Source: Acidimicrobiales bacterium (GTDB lineage: Bacteria > Actinomycetota > Acidimicrobiia > Acidimicrobiales > WLNW01). Taken from it: 64,000 nucleotides of DNA. The stretch is from positions 16,460-80,459 of the forward strand of contig JBDTLT010000003.1 in the NCBI GenBank assembly GCA_039934635.1, in the 5' to 3' direction. Positions 40,063 to 50,025 of this stretch are shown here, piece by piece (positions within the stretch are counted from its first letter, which is position 1; the number at the start of each line of letters is the position of its first letter). Below the pieces are notes generated by a model. That model was not told the DNA's origin and ran no database searches. It worked only from the letters and a program-made list of their open reading frames with translations. The translations under genes were made by a program, and so were the position numbers.

Positions 40063-40675
40063 GGTCGCGCTCCATATGACGCCGCAAGCGAGCCAGGCCG
40101 CGACGGATATCACTCTTCACAGTACCGAGCGGCAACGCGCAGCGCTCTGCGATCTCCGCATGCGTCAGATGTTCGAAGAAGGCGAGTTCGATGAGCCGCT
40201 TGGACGCTTCTGGCAGCCGTTCGAGGGCGTCGGCCAACAGCACCCGGTCGAGCATCTCATCGACGCCGGACGGTCCGGCCACAGCCGCGTCGATCTCGCC
40301 CACTACCATCTGTCGTTGTCGCGCTCGTAACAAGTCGACGATGCGATGCTTGGTGATGCCGGCCAACCAACCGCCGAGGCTGCCGCGTCGCACATCGAAC
40401 TGCGCGCGGGCACGCCATGCCGATACGAAAACCTCTTGCGTGGCGTCGGCCGCAAGATCGGTGCCGAGGGCACGCCGGCACATCGTGTACACCATCGACC
40501 CGTAAGCCTCGTACGCCCGCTCGAGCGCGCCGACGCCGCCTTCAGCGAAGGCGGCGTCGACCTCGTCGACTTCTCGCAACGGTGTGATATCGGCAGAAGA
40601 CACGCGCCAGCTCTGGTGGTCGACCTCGATTGATTCACACAACCTAGTCCCGGTCACCATGATCTGTGTCCGCAC
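40055..40675 (-). CDS. sigK: ECF sigma factor, SigK-like (start uncertain)
   Basis: DATQEVFVSAW, FDVRRGS, THAEIAE..LPLGTVKSDIRRGL. Confidence 0.85.
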   Translation of the reverse strand: MRTQIMVTGTRLCESIEVDHQSWRVSSADITPLREVDEVDAAFAEGGVGALERAYEAYGSMVYTMCRRALGTDLAADATQEVFVSAWRARAQFDVRRGSLGGWLAGITKHRIVDLLRARQRQMVVGEIDAAVAGPSGVDEMLDRVLLADALERLPEASKRLIELAFFEHLTHAEIAERCALPLGTVKSDIRRGLARLRRHMERDHG

Positions 40676-40694
40676 TGCATCCTCGGCCTCCCGG

Positions 40695-41267
40695 TCACAT
40701 CGCCGGCGGGAGGAGCACCTTGTCGATCACGTGGATGACGCCATTCGATGCGGCGATATCCGCCTGAACGACCTTCGTGTCACCATTGAGGTACACGTCA
40801 CTGCCCTTGAGGGCGATCGCCACAGTGCCGCCGTTGACCGTCTTGGCACTCTTGCCGTCGAGCTTGACGACCTCTGACGCGGGAACCTTGCCCGCCACGA
40901 CGTGATAGGTCAAGATCGACGACAGCTTGGCCTTGTCGGCGAACAGCTGATCCTTCGTGATGTTCAGCGACTTCAACGCCGCGGCGAACGCATCATCGGT
41001 CGGGGCGAACACCGTGAACGGCCCTGTGCCCTTGAGCGTCGTCACCAGGTCGGCCTTGGTCAGGGCTTCGGCCAGCACGGTGAACTTACCTGCGCCCACT
41101 GCAGTGTCGACGATGTCCTTCGTCGCCGCCGACGCGGCCGCGGTTGTCGTGACTGCGGGCGTTGTCGCCGCCGGCGCGCTGTCGGTGCTGTCGTCATCGC
41201 CGCACGCAACGGCAGTGAGACCAATCGCTATCGTGAGGGCGAAGACCTTGAGTTTCTTGCTGTGCAC
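40695..41267 (-). CDS. Fasciclin-domain lipoprotein (MPT83/MPT70-like)
   Basis: Lipobox AVAC; [31 protein letters not shown]. Confidence 0.92.
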   Translation of the reverse strand: MHSKKLKVFALTIAIGLTAVACGDDDSTDSAPAATTPAVTTTAAASAATKDIVDTAVGAGKFTVLAEALTKADLVTTLKGTGPFTVFAPTDDAFAAALKSLNITKDQLFADKAKLSSILTYHVVAGKVPASEVVKLDGKSAKTVNGGTVAIALKGSDVYLNGDTKVVQADIAASNGVIHVIDKVLLPPAM

Positions 41268-41303
41268 GTTTGAGCTCCCATTGGTTGGATGTTTTCCTTG
41301 CAC

Positions 41304-41329
41304 TACGCCGATCAGGCGATCATGGATGC
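41304..41329 (-). promoter_or_regulatory. SigK-type ECF promoter
   Basis: GCATCC-N15-GCGTA versus SigK CCATCC-N15-CCGAA. Confidence 0.6.
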
Positions 41330-41357
41330 AAGAAAAACCGGGAACCCGAACGAAACG

Positions 41358-41957
41358 CTACGGCTCGAGCGCGTTGACGTCCTGCGGCGTGTCTTCTTTC
41401 GCGTTGACGTCGACGTTGTGATCGATTGGCAACTGCCCCAAGGCGTCGCGGATGCGATCGATCGTCAGGTCGTCGAGATTTGCGTAGACGAGTTGTGCAC
41501 CGGAGAAACGACTCGCCTCGGTCACGAGGGAATTGTGGTCGAGGTTGGCCACCAACAACGCGACCGTCGTGCGACCGGGTTCGACTGCTTGACGGAACCA
41601 ACTCACCCATTCATCGGGGATACCGAGGTCGACCACCTTGGCCGCGACGGCACCGGCGCCGGCGCCGACCGCCGCGCCAGCCAACCATCCCACCGGTCCA
41701 CCGACGAGCAACCCGACCAATCCTGTCCACAGGGCGCCGGAGATCGCGGAGCGCTTTGGTTGCGGATCGATGGTCTCTCGCACCGTCGTCTGACCGTCGG
41801 TCGACTTCGTCACGACAACCGCATCCTTGAGGATCAGATGCCCTTGTGACGCCAAGCGGGTCGCCGCAGTGAGGAACTCTTGTGCGCGAAAGTTGTCGTC
41901 GAAGGAAATGCCGACGAGCGTCTCGGGTCCGTCGTCCTCTTTGTGCTGTCCTGCCAT
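41358..41957 (-). CDS. DUF1269 family protein
   Basis: LKDAVVV, Gly-zipper GALWTGLVG..GAAVGAGAG, DLGIPD. Confidence 0.8.
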   Translation of the reverse strand: MAGQHKEDDGPETLVGISFDDNFRAQEFLTAATRLASQGHLILKDAVVVTKSTDGQTTVRETIDPQPKRSAISGALWTGLVGLLVGGPVGWLAGAAVGAGAGAVAAKVVDLGIPDEWVSWFRQAVEPGRTTVALLVANLDHNSLVTEASRFSGAQLVYANLDDLTIDRIRDALGQLPIDHNVDVNAKEDTPQDVNALEP

Positions 41958-41977
41958 GCGACTCTCCTGTCGGTATA

Positions 41978-42787
41978 TCAGCCGATCTGCCCGCGGTGCG
42001 GTCGGGCATTTGTCAGACCCAGACCACCGTCGACGACGATCACTTGACCGGTTGTGAACGCGGCAAGGTTTGACGCGAGTGACAGCACGATACCGGCGAT
42101 GTCCTTCGGTTGGCCCGCACGCGCCAGCGGGATCGCCCGTACCGATGCCGCCTTACGCTCGGCCGACATCTCGACTTCGGCGGCCGGGGTGAGAACGAAC
42201 GACGGTGCCACCACGTTGACCCGGATGCCTTTGGGCGCGAGCTCCAAAGCCATCGATTTGGAGAACTGGATCAAACCGGCCTTGGCCGCGCCGTAGGGCG
42301 TCATGAACGGCGAGGCGTTGGTTCCCTGGAACGACGAGATATTGACGATCGAGCCGGCAGTCGACCGGTCGGTCATCCTTCTTGCGGCGATCTGGCAGCC
42401 GAAGAGGACGGCGGTCAGGTTGAGCTCGAAGATGCGATCCCATGTCTCGCGCTCGAGATCGACCAGCCCCGCCACCGCGCCCGGGAACACTCCCCCGGCG
42501 TTGTTGATCCACACGTCGATCGGACCCAGTTCCGCTTCGACGGCATCGGCCGCATGCTCGAGCGCGGAACGATCCCGCACGTCGCACTGCACCGCGACGG
42601 CCGCGGGGAGTGAATCGGCAACCGCTCGCGCCGTATCGCCATCGAGGTCGACGACTCCGACGTTTGTGCCAACGCCGGCGAAATGCTCGGCGACGGCGCG
42701 ACCGATCCCGCGGCCACCGCCGGTGACCAACACCGTCTTGCCCCGCAGACCCAGCAGATCTCCGGCATCGGGCAGTTCTGAACTCAT
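41978..42787 (-). CDS. SDR family oxidoreductase
   Basis: TGGGRGIG, NNAGG, YGAAK. Confidence 0.9.
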   Translation of the reverse strand: MSSELPDAGDLLGLRGKTVLVTGGGRGIGRAVAEHFAGVGTNVGVVDLDGDTARAVADSLPAAVAVQCDVRDRSALEHAADAVEAELGPIDVWINNAGGVFPGAVAGLVDLERETWDRIFELNLTAVLFGCQIAARRMTDRSTAGSIVNISSFQGTNASPFMTPYGAAKAGLIQFSKSMALELAPKGIRVNVVAPSFVLTPAAEVEMSAERKAASVRAIPLARAGQPKDIAGIVLSLASNLAAFTTGQVIVVDGGLGLTNARPHRGQIG

Positions 42788-42813
42788 GACAGCTCCTGTG
42801 ATAGGTCTTGTGC

Positions 42814-43503
42814 ATGACGCAAGCAGCAATCACCGAAGCCGTTGGGTCCGCGATCTCGCAATTGCGTTGGCACGTCGAGCCGGCCCAAGTGGACGGGTTC
42901 AATCGTTGGTACGACGAAGAGCATCTTGCCGACCTACTTGCGCAGCCGGGCGTCTTGAGCGGGCGTCGTTTCGTCAGGGCGCAGACGGCGTTCTCGGCGC
43001 CGAGCACCTTCAACTACATCACCATCTACCAACTCGACGACACCGGTGCCCTCGAAACGCCGTCGTATCGCGCGATGGCCACGGCACCGAGCGAGCTGAC
43101 GAAGCAGGTCGCGATGTCGTTGCCCATGCGCCGTGACGTCGCCACGCAGATCTATCCCAGCGGTCGCGCCGACAGTCAACCGGTCGGCAACGCGATCATG
43201 CACGTGTTCACCCACGCCGACGCGTCGATCCTCGACGACTTCCACCACTGGTACGAAGAGGAGCACATCCCGGCACTCGTCGCGTGCGACGGTGTGTTCG
43301 GAGCACGCCGGTTCGTGTGTACGACACCCGAAGCCGACGGCTACGAGTTCATCGCCATCTACCAACTCGCCGACGTGTCGGTCGTCGAGAGTGGCGCGCT
43401 GGCCGAGGCGGGCAAGCCGACGCCATGGCGTGAACGGCTCGGCGACGAGATGCGCGCGCACTTCCAGGTGTACCAAGCGCTGCACGGACCTATCGCAGGC
43501 TGA
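42814..43503 (+). CDS. Tandem EthD/DUF4286-like alpha-beta barrel protein
   Basis: Internal duplication FNRWYDEEH..RRF / FHHWYEEEH..RRF. Confidence 0.7.
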   Translation: MTQAAITEAVGSAISQLRWHVEPAQVDGFNRWYDEEHLADLLAQPGVLSGRRFVRAQTAFSAPSTFNYITIYQLDDTGALETPSYRAMATAPSELTKQVAMSLPMRRDVATQIYPSGRADSQPVGNAIMHVFTHADASILDDFHHWYEEEHIPALVACDGVFGARRFVCTTPEADGYEFIAIYQLADVSVVESGALAEAGKPTPWRERLGDEMRAHFQVYQALHGPIAG

Positions 43504-44773
43504 GGGTCTGGTGCTTGACGATGCCGAGGTGGAGGTGACCGACGCGCTGTGGCTCGCCCACCAACTGCAATCGGGGCAACACGGGTAGCAGTGCGCGCAA
43601 GGCGGCCCGCAACTCCCATCGGGCGAGGTTGGCGCCCAGGCAGAAATGCGCACCATGGCCGAAGGCTTGGTGATAGTTGGGCGAACGCGTGATGTCGAAG
43701 CGATAGGGCTCGTCGAACGCGCTCTCGTCGCGGTTGGCCGACGGGTAGAAGATGCCCACGGTGTCACCAGTGCGAATGCGCTGGCCGCCGAGCACGACAT
43801 CGTCGGTGGCCGTGCGCGCGAACTGGATCACCGGCGACACCCACCGCAAGATCTCTTCGGTCGCGGTGTCGATCAGATCGGGTCGCGCGCAGAGCAGGTC
43901 GAGTTGGTCTGGGTGCTGCAGCAGCGCCACAACACCACCGGCAATGGCATTGCGCGTCGTCTCGTTGCCGGCGCCGATCAGCAGCACCAAATACCCGTGA
44001 AGTTGTTGCGCGGTCAGCGGCTGACCTTCGACCTCGCCCGACGCCACCCGCGCGGTGAGGGATCCGTCTTGCAACTCCTTGGCCTGTTTGGCGGTTGCCG
44101 CGCAATACTCGTAGAACTCCATCGAGAGGCGGAACCGCAATTCGTCGAGCGTCTCGTCTTCGTGTGCGAGTCGCATCACCTCGGCTTCACTCTCGAAGAA
44201 CGCGCCCGTCCAAGTGTGAATACGCGACCAATCGTCCACTGGCAGACCCATGATGTCGCAGATCGTCGCCAACGGGAGCTTGACCGCGAAGTCTTCGACG
44301 AGATCGGCTTCACCGGTCGTTTCGAGCAGTTCGACGAACTCGTCGATGAATCGCGCCGAGTACGACGCGAGATGTCCTTCGAGCGCCCGCATCGCGCGTG
44401 GGGTGAACGAACGAGCCGCCAGGTTGCGGAACTCGGTGTGACGCGGCTTGTCCATGTACACGAGGTCGGGCACCTCGTCCGGATCCCAGCCTCGCAGCTT
44501 TGCGCGGCGGAGTGACCGCTCTTTCGCCTCGCGGTCATCGCTGGCCGAAGCGAGACGCAGGCGCGAACCGCCGTTGACGAACAGGCGGTCGTTGGAGCCG
44601 ACGAAGTGCACATCGTCGTAGCGAGTGACGGCCCAGAACGGCTCGATGTCGTCGCGTTCGTACCAGTAGACCGGCGCGTCGCGCCGCAACAGATCCCATG
44701 CCTCCCACGGGTAGCCCTGCTCTTGCAGGCGCGAGGTCGAGTGGATGTCGATGTTCTCGAGCGTGATCCCCAT
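43490..44773 (-). CDS. Cytochrome P450
   Basis: AGNETT, EILR, FGHGAHFCLG. Confidence 0.93.
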   Translation of the reverse strand: MGITLENIDIHSTSRLQEQGYPWEAWDLLRRDAPVYWYERDDIEPFWAVTRYDDVHFVGSNDRLFVNGGSRLRLASASDDREAKERSLRRAKLRGWDPDEVPDLVYMDKPRHTEFRNLAARSFTPRAMRALEGHLASYSARFIDEFVELLETTGEADLVEDFAVKLPLATICDIMGLPVDDWSRIHTWTGAFFESEAEVMRLAHEDETLDELRFRLSMEFYEYCAATAKQAKELQDGSLTARVASGEVEGQPLTAQQLHGYLVLLIGAGNETTRNAIAGGVVALLQHPDQLDLLCARPDLIDTATEEILRWVSPVIQFARTATDDVVLGGQRIRTGDTVGIFYPSANRDESAFDEPYRFDITRSPNYHQAFGHGAHFCLGANLARWELRAALRALLPVLPRLQLVGEPQRVGHLHLGIVKHQTLSLR

Positions 44774-44818
44774 CCGCGGAGACTAGCCCCGACGGCCAGG
44801 GCACCGAGCGGAAGCCGA

Positions 44819-45784
44819 TCAGTTCAATCGGCGCACGGGGTTGCCCTTGCGAAACGCGATGACGTCTTCCACGGCTTGGCCGTAGTAATCGCGGTAGGTC
44901 TCCACCGTCGCGTAGCCGATGTGCGGGGTGAGCAGAACGTTGGGCACGCTGCGCAACGGATGATCGGCGGGCAGCGGCTCGCGGTCGTACACGTCGAGTG
45001 CGGCACCGGCGATGCGCCGCGAACGCAGCGCATCGAGCAGCGCGGCCTCATCGACAACCGGCCCACGCGAGGTGTTGACCAACAAGGCGGTCGGCTTCAT
45101 GAGATCGAACTCGGCGCGCCCGATGTAGCCGTGCGACCGCGGTCCTAGCTTGAGGTGCACGCTGATGACATCGCTGGCGGCGAAGAACTCGTCATGGTCG
45201 ACCCGCTCGACACCCACCGAGGCGGCCCGCTCGTTGGTCAAGTTGACGCTCCACGCCACGGTGCGCATGCCGAGCGCCGTGGCGACCGGAGGCAGTAGCG
45301 AACCCAAATTGCCGAGCCCCACGATGCCGAGCGTCTTGCCTTCGAGCAAGGTTCCGAGCGCGACCTGCCAGCCACCGTTGCGAATCGCCGAATCTTCGGT
45401 CGCGATACCGCGGGCCAGACCGAGGATGAGCCCCCACGTCAGCTCGATCGTCGCGGCGGCACCTTGCCAACTCTGCGTGCCACACACCGTGATACCGAGT
45501 TCAGCGGCCGTGGCGAAATCGATGGCCGAATGGTGCATGCCGGTCGCCACGAGCAGCCGGAGATTGGGCAGCGCGCGCAGGACGTCGCCGGGGAAGGCAG
45601 TGCGCTCGCGCATCGCGACCACCACGTCGTAGGGATACAACCGATTCATCAACTGCCGGGAATCGTCAGCATGATCGTGGAAGAACGTGACCACGACGTC
45701 GTCGCCCAGGATCGACCAATCGGTCGAACCCTGGGCGACACGTTGGTAGTCGTCGATGACCGCCACCCGAAACAACTGGTCCAT
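44819..45784 (-). CDS. D-2-hydroxyacid dehydrogenase family protein
   Basis: DDYQ, MRERT, GLGNLG, NTSRG, TPHIG. Confidence 0.9.
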   Translation of the reverse strand: MDQLFRVAVIDDYQRVAQGSTDWSILGDDVVVTFFHDHADDSRQLMNRLYPYDVVVAMRERTAFPGDVLRALPNLRLLVATGMHHSAIDFATAAELGITVCGTQSWQGAAATIELTWGLILGLARGIATEDSAIRNGGWQVALGTLLEGKTLGIVGLGNLGSLLPPVATALGMRTVAWSVNLTNERAASVGVERVDHDEFFAASDVISVHLKLGPRSHGYIGRAEFDLMKPTALLVNTSRGPVVDEAALLDALRSRRIAGAALDVYDREPLPADHPLRSVPNVLLTPHIGYATVETYRDYYGQAVEDVIAFRKGNPVRRLN

Positions 45785-45809
45785 GCCCAGACGTTCTATC
45801 GTGCGGGCG

Positions 45810-46880
45810 ATGTCGGTGCTCATCGTCGGGGGCGGAATCGGAGGCCTGTGCCTCGCGACGGCATTGACGCACGCCGGCATCGCCTGTCAGATCGTCGAGC
45901 GAGAGCCGGCGTGGACGACGGTCGGGGCGGGCATCTCGTTTTATCCCAACGGTATGCGGGCACTGCGCCGCTTGGGTCTCGGCGAGGCCGCCGTGTCAGC
46001 CGGCGCGCCGATCGAGTTGGTCCGCACCTGTACGCACGACGGCACGGTCGTGAGCGAGTTCCCGGGCGAGAACTGGGAGGGCATCGGCCAGACCTTCGCC
46101 ATACACCGCGCCGCGCTCCAGCAATTGCTGCTCGACGCCGTCAGCGCCGTGCCCGTGCACATGGGCGCGACCGTCGCGTCGCTCATCGACCACGGCAATT
46201 CGGTCGATGTCGAGTTGACCAACGGCGCCTCGATGACGGCCGATCTGGTGGTCGGGGCCGACGGCATCCGATCACGGGTGCGCGATCTCTGTATCGGCCG
46301 ACTGCAACCGCGCTACGTCGGTCAGATGTATTGGCGCGGCGCGGTCGATGACGAACTCGTCGACACCGCCACGATGCTCTTCGACACCGACCGTTTCGTC
46401 GCGCTGTTGCCCCTAGGGTCGGGCACCACCTATGTGGCCCTACAGCAACACAGCCGCGAGCCATTCGACGACGACTCGCTCGACCGGTTCGCCGACTTCG
46501 GCGGACCGACGCCGCGGGCGATCGAATTGTTGCGCGGCGACCCCAATCTCCACTTCGGCCCGGCAGAGGAGATCGAGCGCGACGAATGGCGGGCGGGGCG
46601 GACGCTGCTCATCGGCGACGCGGCCCACGCCTGCTCTCCCACCATGGCACAGGGAGGCAGCCTCGCGATCGAGGACGCGATCGTGCTCGCCGAGTTACTG
46701 GCCGAGCAATCCTCGATGGATGACGCGATCGACAGGTTCGTCGCCCGCCGCCAACCGAGAGCACAGTGGGTCCGAGAGCGGACTCACCATCAAATACAGC
46801 TGTTGAACGCCGGCGCGCCGCACGAACATCTCGCGCACGGCATGCGCGAGATGTACGCACGGCTGGCCGAAGACGTGTGA
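45810..46880 (+). CDS. FAD-dependent monooxygenase
   Basis: GGGIGG, GADGIRS, IGDAAH, QGGSLAIED. Confidence 0.9.
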   Translation: MSVLIVGGGIGGLCLATALTHAGIACQIVEREPAWTTVGAGISFYPNGMRALRRLGLGEAAVSAGAPIELVRTCTHDGTVVSEFPGENWEGIGQTFAIHRAALQQLLLDAVSAVPVHMGATVASLIDHGNSVDVELTNGASMTADLVVGADGIRSRVRDLCIGRLQPRYVGQMYWRGAVDDELVDTATMLFDTDRFVALLPLGSGTTYVALQQHSREPFDDDSLDRFADFGGPTPRAIELLRGDPNLHFGPAEEIERDEWRAGRTLLIGDAAHACSPTMAQGGSLAIEDAIVLAELLAEQSSMDDAIDRFVARRQPRAQWVRERTHHQIQLLNAGAPHEHLAHGMREMYARLAEDV

Positions 46881-46883
46881 GGA

Positions 46884-47075
46884 TCAGGCCCCGTCGATCG
46901 ACGCGCCGACGGTTGAGAACTTGCTCGATGCCGACTTGCCGAGCGTCGTCACGGCGGCGATACAGACCACTGCGATCAGGGCCACGAGCAGCGCGTACTC
47001 CACAAGCGAAGCGGCTCGCTCGCTCGCGATGTGCGCTCGTATCCAAGTACTGAGGAATTCATATGACACGGTCAC
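46884..47075 (-). CDS. Flp family type IVb pilin
   Basis: ERAASLVEYALLVALIAVV; SD GGAGG before GTG. Confidence 0.85.
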   Translation of the reverse strand: MTVSYEFLSTWIRAHIASERAASLVEYALLVALIAVVCIAAVTTLGKSASSKFSTVGASIDGA

Positions 47076-47129
47076 CGGTGGTGCCTCCATGCTGAGGGAT
47101 GGTCGACCGCTTTGGTCGATTGCATCTGT

Positions 47130-47157
47130 ATTTCGGCCTGAATCCGCGACAGACTGC
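47130..47157 (-). promoter_or_regulatory. Putative sigma28/WhiG-like promoter of the pilin
   Basis: GCAG-N16-GCCGAAAT; the -10 matches, the -35 is weak. Confidence 0.3.
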
Positions 47158-47207
47158 ATAGGTCGATGCGCCCATTTGCATCAACATTCGATCAACGGGG
47201 GTAAGAA

Positions 47208-47639
47208 GTGAACGAACTCGAACTGTTGCTCGAGGAGCGGGCAATCACGCGGGCGCTACACGAGTACGCGCACAACATGGACTACGGGCACGAAGATGCG
47301 TGGGTCGACGTGTTCACCGACGACGCGGTGTTCGACGTCGTCGAGGTAGTCGGGGGCCGGCGGGTGCATCGCGAGGACGGCAGAGGCGAGCTTGCCCAGT
47401 ACGTTGCGAAATACCCCAAGCCTCCGCACTTCCGCAAGCACGTCGTAGTCGATCCCATCATCGACATCGCCGGCGACACGGCAAAGGTTGCGGCCTACTG
47501 GTTGCTGCTGCAACGCGACGACGACAGCGGAAGCCCGGTAATGGTGGCGTTCGGGCACTACGACGACCAGTGGGTCAAACGCGACGGGCGCTGGCGCATC
47601 GCCCATCGTTACGCAGAGGTCGAAGCGACGACCTATTGA
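47208..47639 (+). CDS. SnoaL/NTF2-like domain protein
   Basis: YAHNMD, FTDDAVF, GHYDD..VKRDGRWRI. Confidence 0.85.
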   Translation: MNELELLLEERAITRALHEYAHNMDYGHEDAWVDVFTDDAVFDVVEVVGGRRVHREDGRGELAQYVAKYPKPPHFRKHVVVDPIIDIAGDTAKVAAYWLLLQRDDDSGSPVMVAFGHYDDQWVKRDGRWRIAHRYAEVEATTY

Positions 47640-47657
47640 TCGCGCTCGACCGAGGCG

Positions 47658-49151
47658 TCACCCGCTGGTGAGCCGTTCGATCAGCAATCGCCGCTGCACC
47701 TGTAGCGTGGCCGGCGTACGGGGCAGCACATCGACGACCTCGACGCGCCGCGGCCGCTTGAAGCGAGCCAGAGAGTCGGTGGTGAATTCGCCGAGCGTCG
47801 CGACGGTGGGTGCCTCGGCGCCATCCTCGACGACGAGCACCGCGCACACGATCTCGCCCCACTGCGCATCCGGTATGCCGACGACGGCCACGTCCGCCAC
47901 GGCCGGGTGCAGGCGCACTGCGTCTTCGACTTCGGACGGCGACACGGTTTCTCCACCCGTGCGAATCACATCCTTGGCCCGACCGACGATCGACAGAAAG
48001 CCCTCTTCATCGACTGCCGCGAGATCGCCGGTGCGGAAGAATCCGTCGTCGGTGAACGCGTCGGCGGTCGCTTCGGGGTTGTCGAAGTAACCGTCGAAGA
48101 TCACCGCGCTGCGCACGAGCATCTCTCCGTTGCCTTCCGCGAGCGCGACTTCGACGGAATGTTGCGGCACGCCACACGAACCTGGCTTGCGCTCCATGTC
48201 CTCGTGCCGCAACAGGGTGACCGCCCCCGACTCGGTCGCGCCGTAGAACACGCGCACCGTCGCACTGGGCACGGCCCGCTTGATTGCGGCGAGCAGTTCG
48301 GGCGGTGTGGCCGAGGTGCCCGAGTCGGCGATGCGCAGCGATGCCAATGGCGAGTGATCGTTCGTCTGCTCTAGATGGTCGAGGATGCGGCGCCAGACCG
48401 CGGGGATGGCGTTGAAGTGTGTCGGCTTCCATTGCGATGCGGCCGCGACCAACGAGGGCGCGTCGGCGGACGAAAAGACGATGGTCGTCTGTGTTTGCCA
48501 CGCCTGCAGGGCGAGGGTCCAGGCCCCCATGTGGAAGAGCGGGTACATGCACAACATCACGCCCCGTGGCTCGAGTTGCGAGCCCGGGTGCGTACGCAAG
48601 TAGTTGGTGCGGTGCGACAGCATCACGCCCTTCGACTTGCCCGTCGATCCGCTGGTGAAGAACAGCACGTGCAAGTCGGTCTCGCGCAACGCCGGCTCGC
48701 GAATGTCGTCGCCGGATGCGGCAGCCGTGGCATCGGGCAGCGAGATGCCGGCGGCGGACCCAGAGTGCATACACACGAGCGGCACGCCGACCTTCTGGGC
48801 CACGACTTCGCCCGTCTCCGCGTGCGCGTCGTCGACGATCAGCAGTGACGGCCGGGCCAGCGCGACCATCTCGACGGCTTCGTCGACACCGAGCAGCGCG
48901 TTGGCCGGAGCAAAGACCGCTCCGAGCTTGGCCGCCGCCGCGAAAACCGGGATGGCATCGAGCGTCGTGTTGCTCCACATCACCACGCGGTCCTGATGAC
49001 CGACGCCCAGATCACGCAACACATGCGCGACGCGATTCGATTGCTGACCGAGCTCTCGATAGCTCAAGCGGCGCTCGCCCATCGCCGCGGCGATGTGGTC
49101 CGGCACCGACCGCGCCCCCGTGCGGAAGATATCCCCGATCAACAGGTCCAT
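47658..49151 (-). CDS. Acyl-CoA synthetase (AMP-binding)
   Basis: FTSGSTGKSKG, YGATE, FRTGD, GRAKD. Confidence 0.92.
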   Translation of the reverse strand: MDLLIGDIFRTGARSVPDHIAAAMGERRLSYRELGQQSNRVAHVLRDLGVGHQDRVVMWSNTTLDAIPVFAAAAKLGAVFAPANALLGVDEAVEMVALARPSLLIVDDAHAETGEVVAQKVGVPLVCMHSGSAAGISLPDATAAASGDDIREPALRETDLHVLFFTSGSTGKSKGVMLSHRTNYLRTHPGSQLEPRGVMLCMYPLFHMGAWTLALQAWQTQTTIVFSSADAPSLVAAASQWKPTHFNAIPAVWRRILDHLEQTNDHSPLASLRIADSGTSATPPELLAAIKRAVPSATVRVFYGATESGAVTLLRHEDMERKPGSCGVPQHSVEVALAEGNGEMLVRSAVIFDGYFDNPEATADAFTDDGFFRTGDLAAVDEEGFLSIVGRAKDVIRTGGETVSPSEVEDAVRLHPAVADVAVVGIPDAQWGEIVCAVLVVEDGAEAPTVATLGEFTTDSLARFKRPRRVEVVDVLPRTPATLQVQRRLLIERLTSG

Positions 49152-49176
49152 ACGTCGTAAACCCCCGTTTGCCATG

Positions 49177-50022
49177 CTAACCGCCGGCGCTTCGCAGGAA
49201 GGCCGACCAGCGCGGCCACAACTCTTCGAAGTAGTGCGGCTGCAGTTCGTGCGACATTCCCTCGATGATGAGCAGCTCGGCGCTCGGATACATCTCGGCC
49301 AGCGCGTAGCCATGCACAACCGGCAAGACGGTGTCGGTCGTGCCGTGAGCGATGAACATCGGCACGTCGATCGCGGTCGAGTTCTGCCACACGCGCTCCT
49401 CGTCGGTGCGCTTGTTTGCCGCGCGCATGAGCCGCCGCATCTCGTCGAGGTACCACCCGCGGTTGACCGCCTCGCGTGCTCGCGCAAGGGCCCGCTGCGA
49501 GTCGAGCCGTTCGTCGCTCAACACCGTCAGTTCGCGAACGATGTAGTCCTCGCGCGCCTCGACACTCGGCCCTGGAGGATTCGACGCGACAGCGGTGAAC
49601 TCAGGCGAGCCGATCGGCAGTTTCATATCGCCGGGGCTGCTGCTCAGCATCGTCAGCGAGAGGGCGATCGAGGGACGCGTCAGCACCATCCAGCGAGCAA
49701 GCACCCCGCCCATCGACGTGCCCACGATGTGCGCGGGGCCGAGCTCGAGCGCGTCGATCGCGCCCAGCGCGTCGTTCACCAGGTGAATGAACTCATAGCG
49801 CTCCGGTAACCCGGGCTCGGAGTAACCGAAGCCGCGATAGTCGTGGCCGACGACGCGGTAGCCAGCATCGACGAGCGCGGCGAGCATCGTGGGTTCCCAT
49901 TCGAAGCTCTGCGCGCCCATCCTCTGACAGAGGAAAACCGGCGTTCCTTCGGGGTCGCCCCACTCTTCGATCCAGATGTTGAGACCGCCGGCATCGACGT
50001 GGCGGCTGCGATCGCTCTGCAT
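49177..50022 (-). CDS. Alpha/beta hydrolase (esterase-like)
   Basis: DYRGFG, GTSMGG, HGTTD, GMSH. Confidence 0.85.
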   Translation of the reverse strand: MQSDRSRHVDAGGLNIWIEEWGDPEGTPVFLCQRMGAQSFEWEPTMLAALVDAGYRVVGHDYRGFGYSEPGLPERYEFIHLVNDALGAIDALELGPAHIVGTSMGGVLARWMVLTRPSIALSLTMLSSSPGDMKLPIGSPEFTAVASNPPGPSVEAREDYIVRELTVLSDERLDSQRALARAREAVNRGWYLDEMRRLMRAANKRTDEERVWQNSTAIDVPMFIAHGTTDTVLPVVHGYALAEMYPSAELLIIEGMSHELQPHYFEELWPRWSAFLRSAGG

Positions 50023-50025
50023 GAG

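Noticed and set aside
45788-45799. KstR-like half-site ACGTTCTA
   Set aside because: Only half of TnnAACnnGTTnnA; overlaps a leaderless -10
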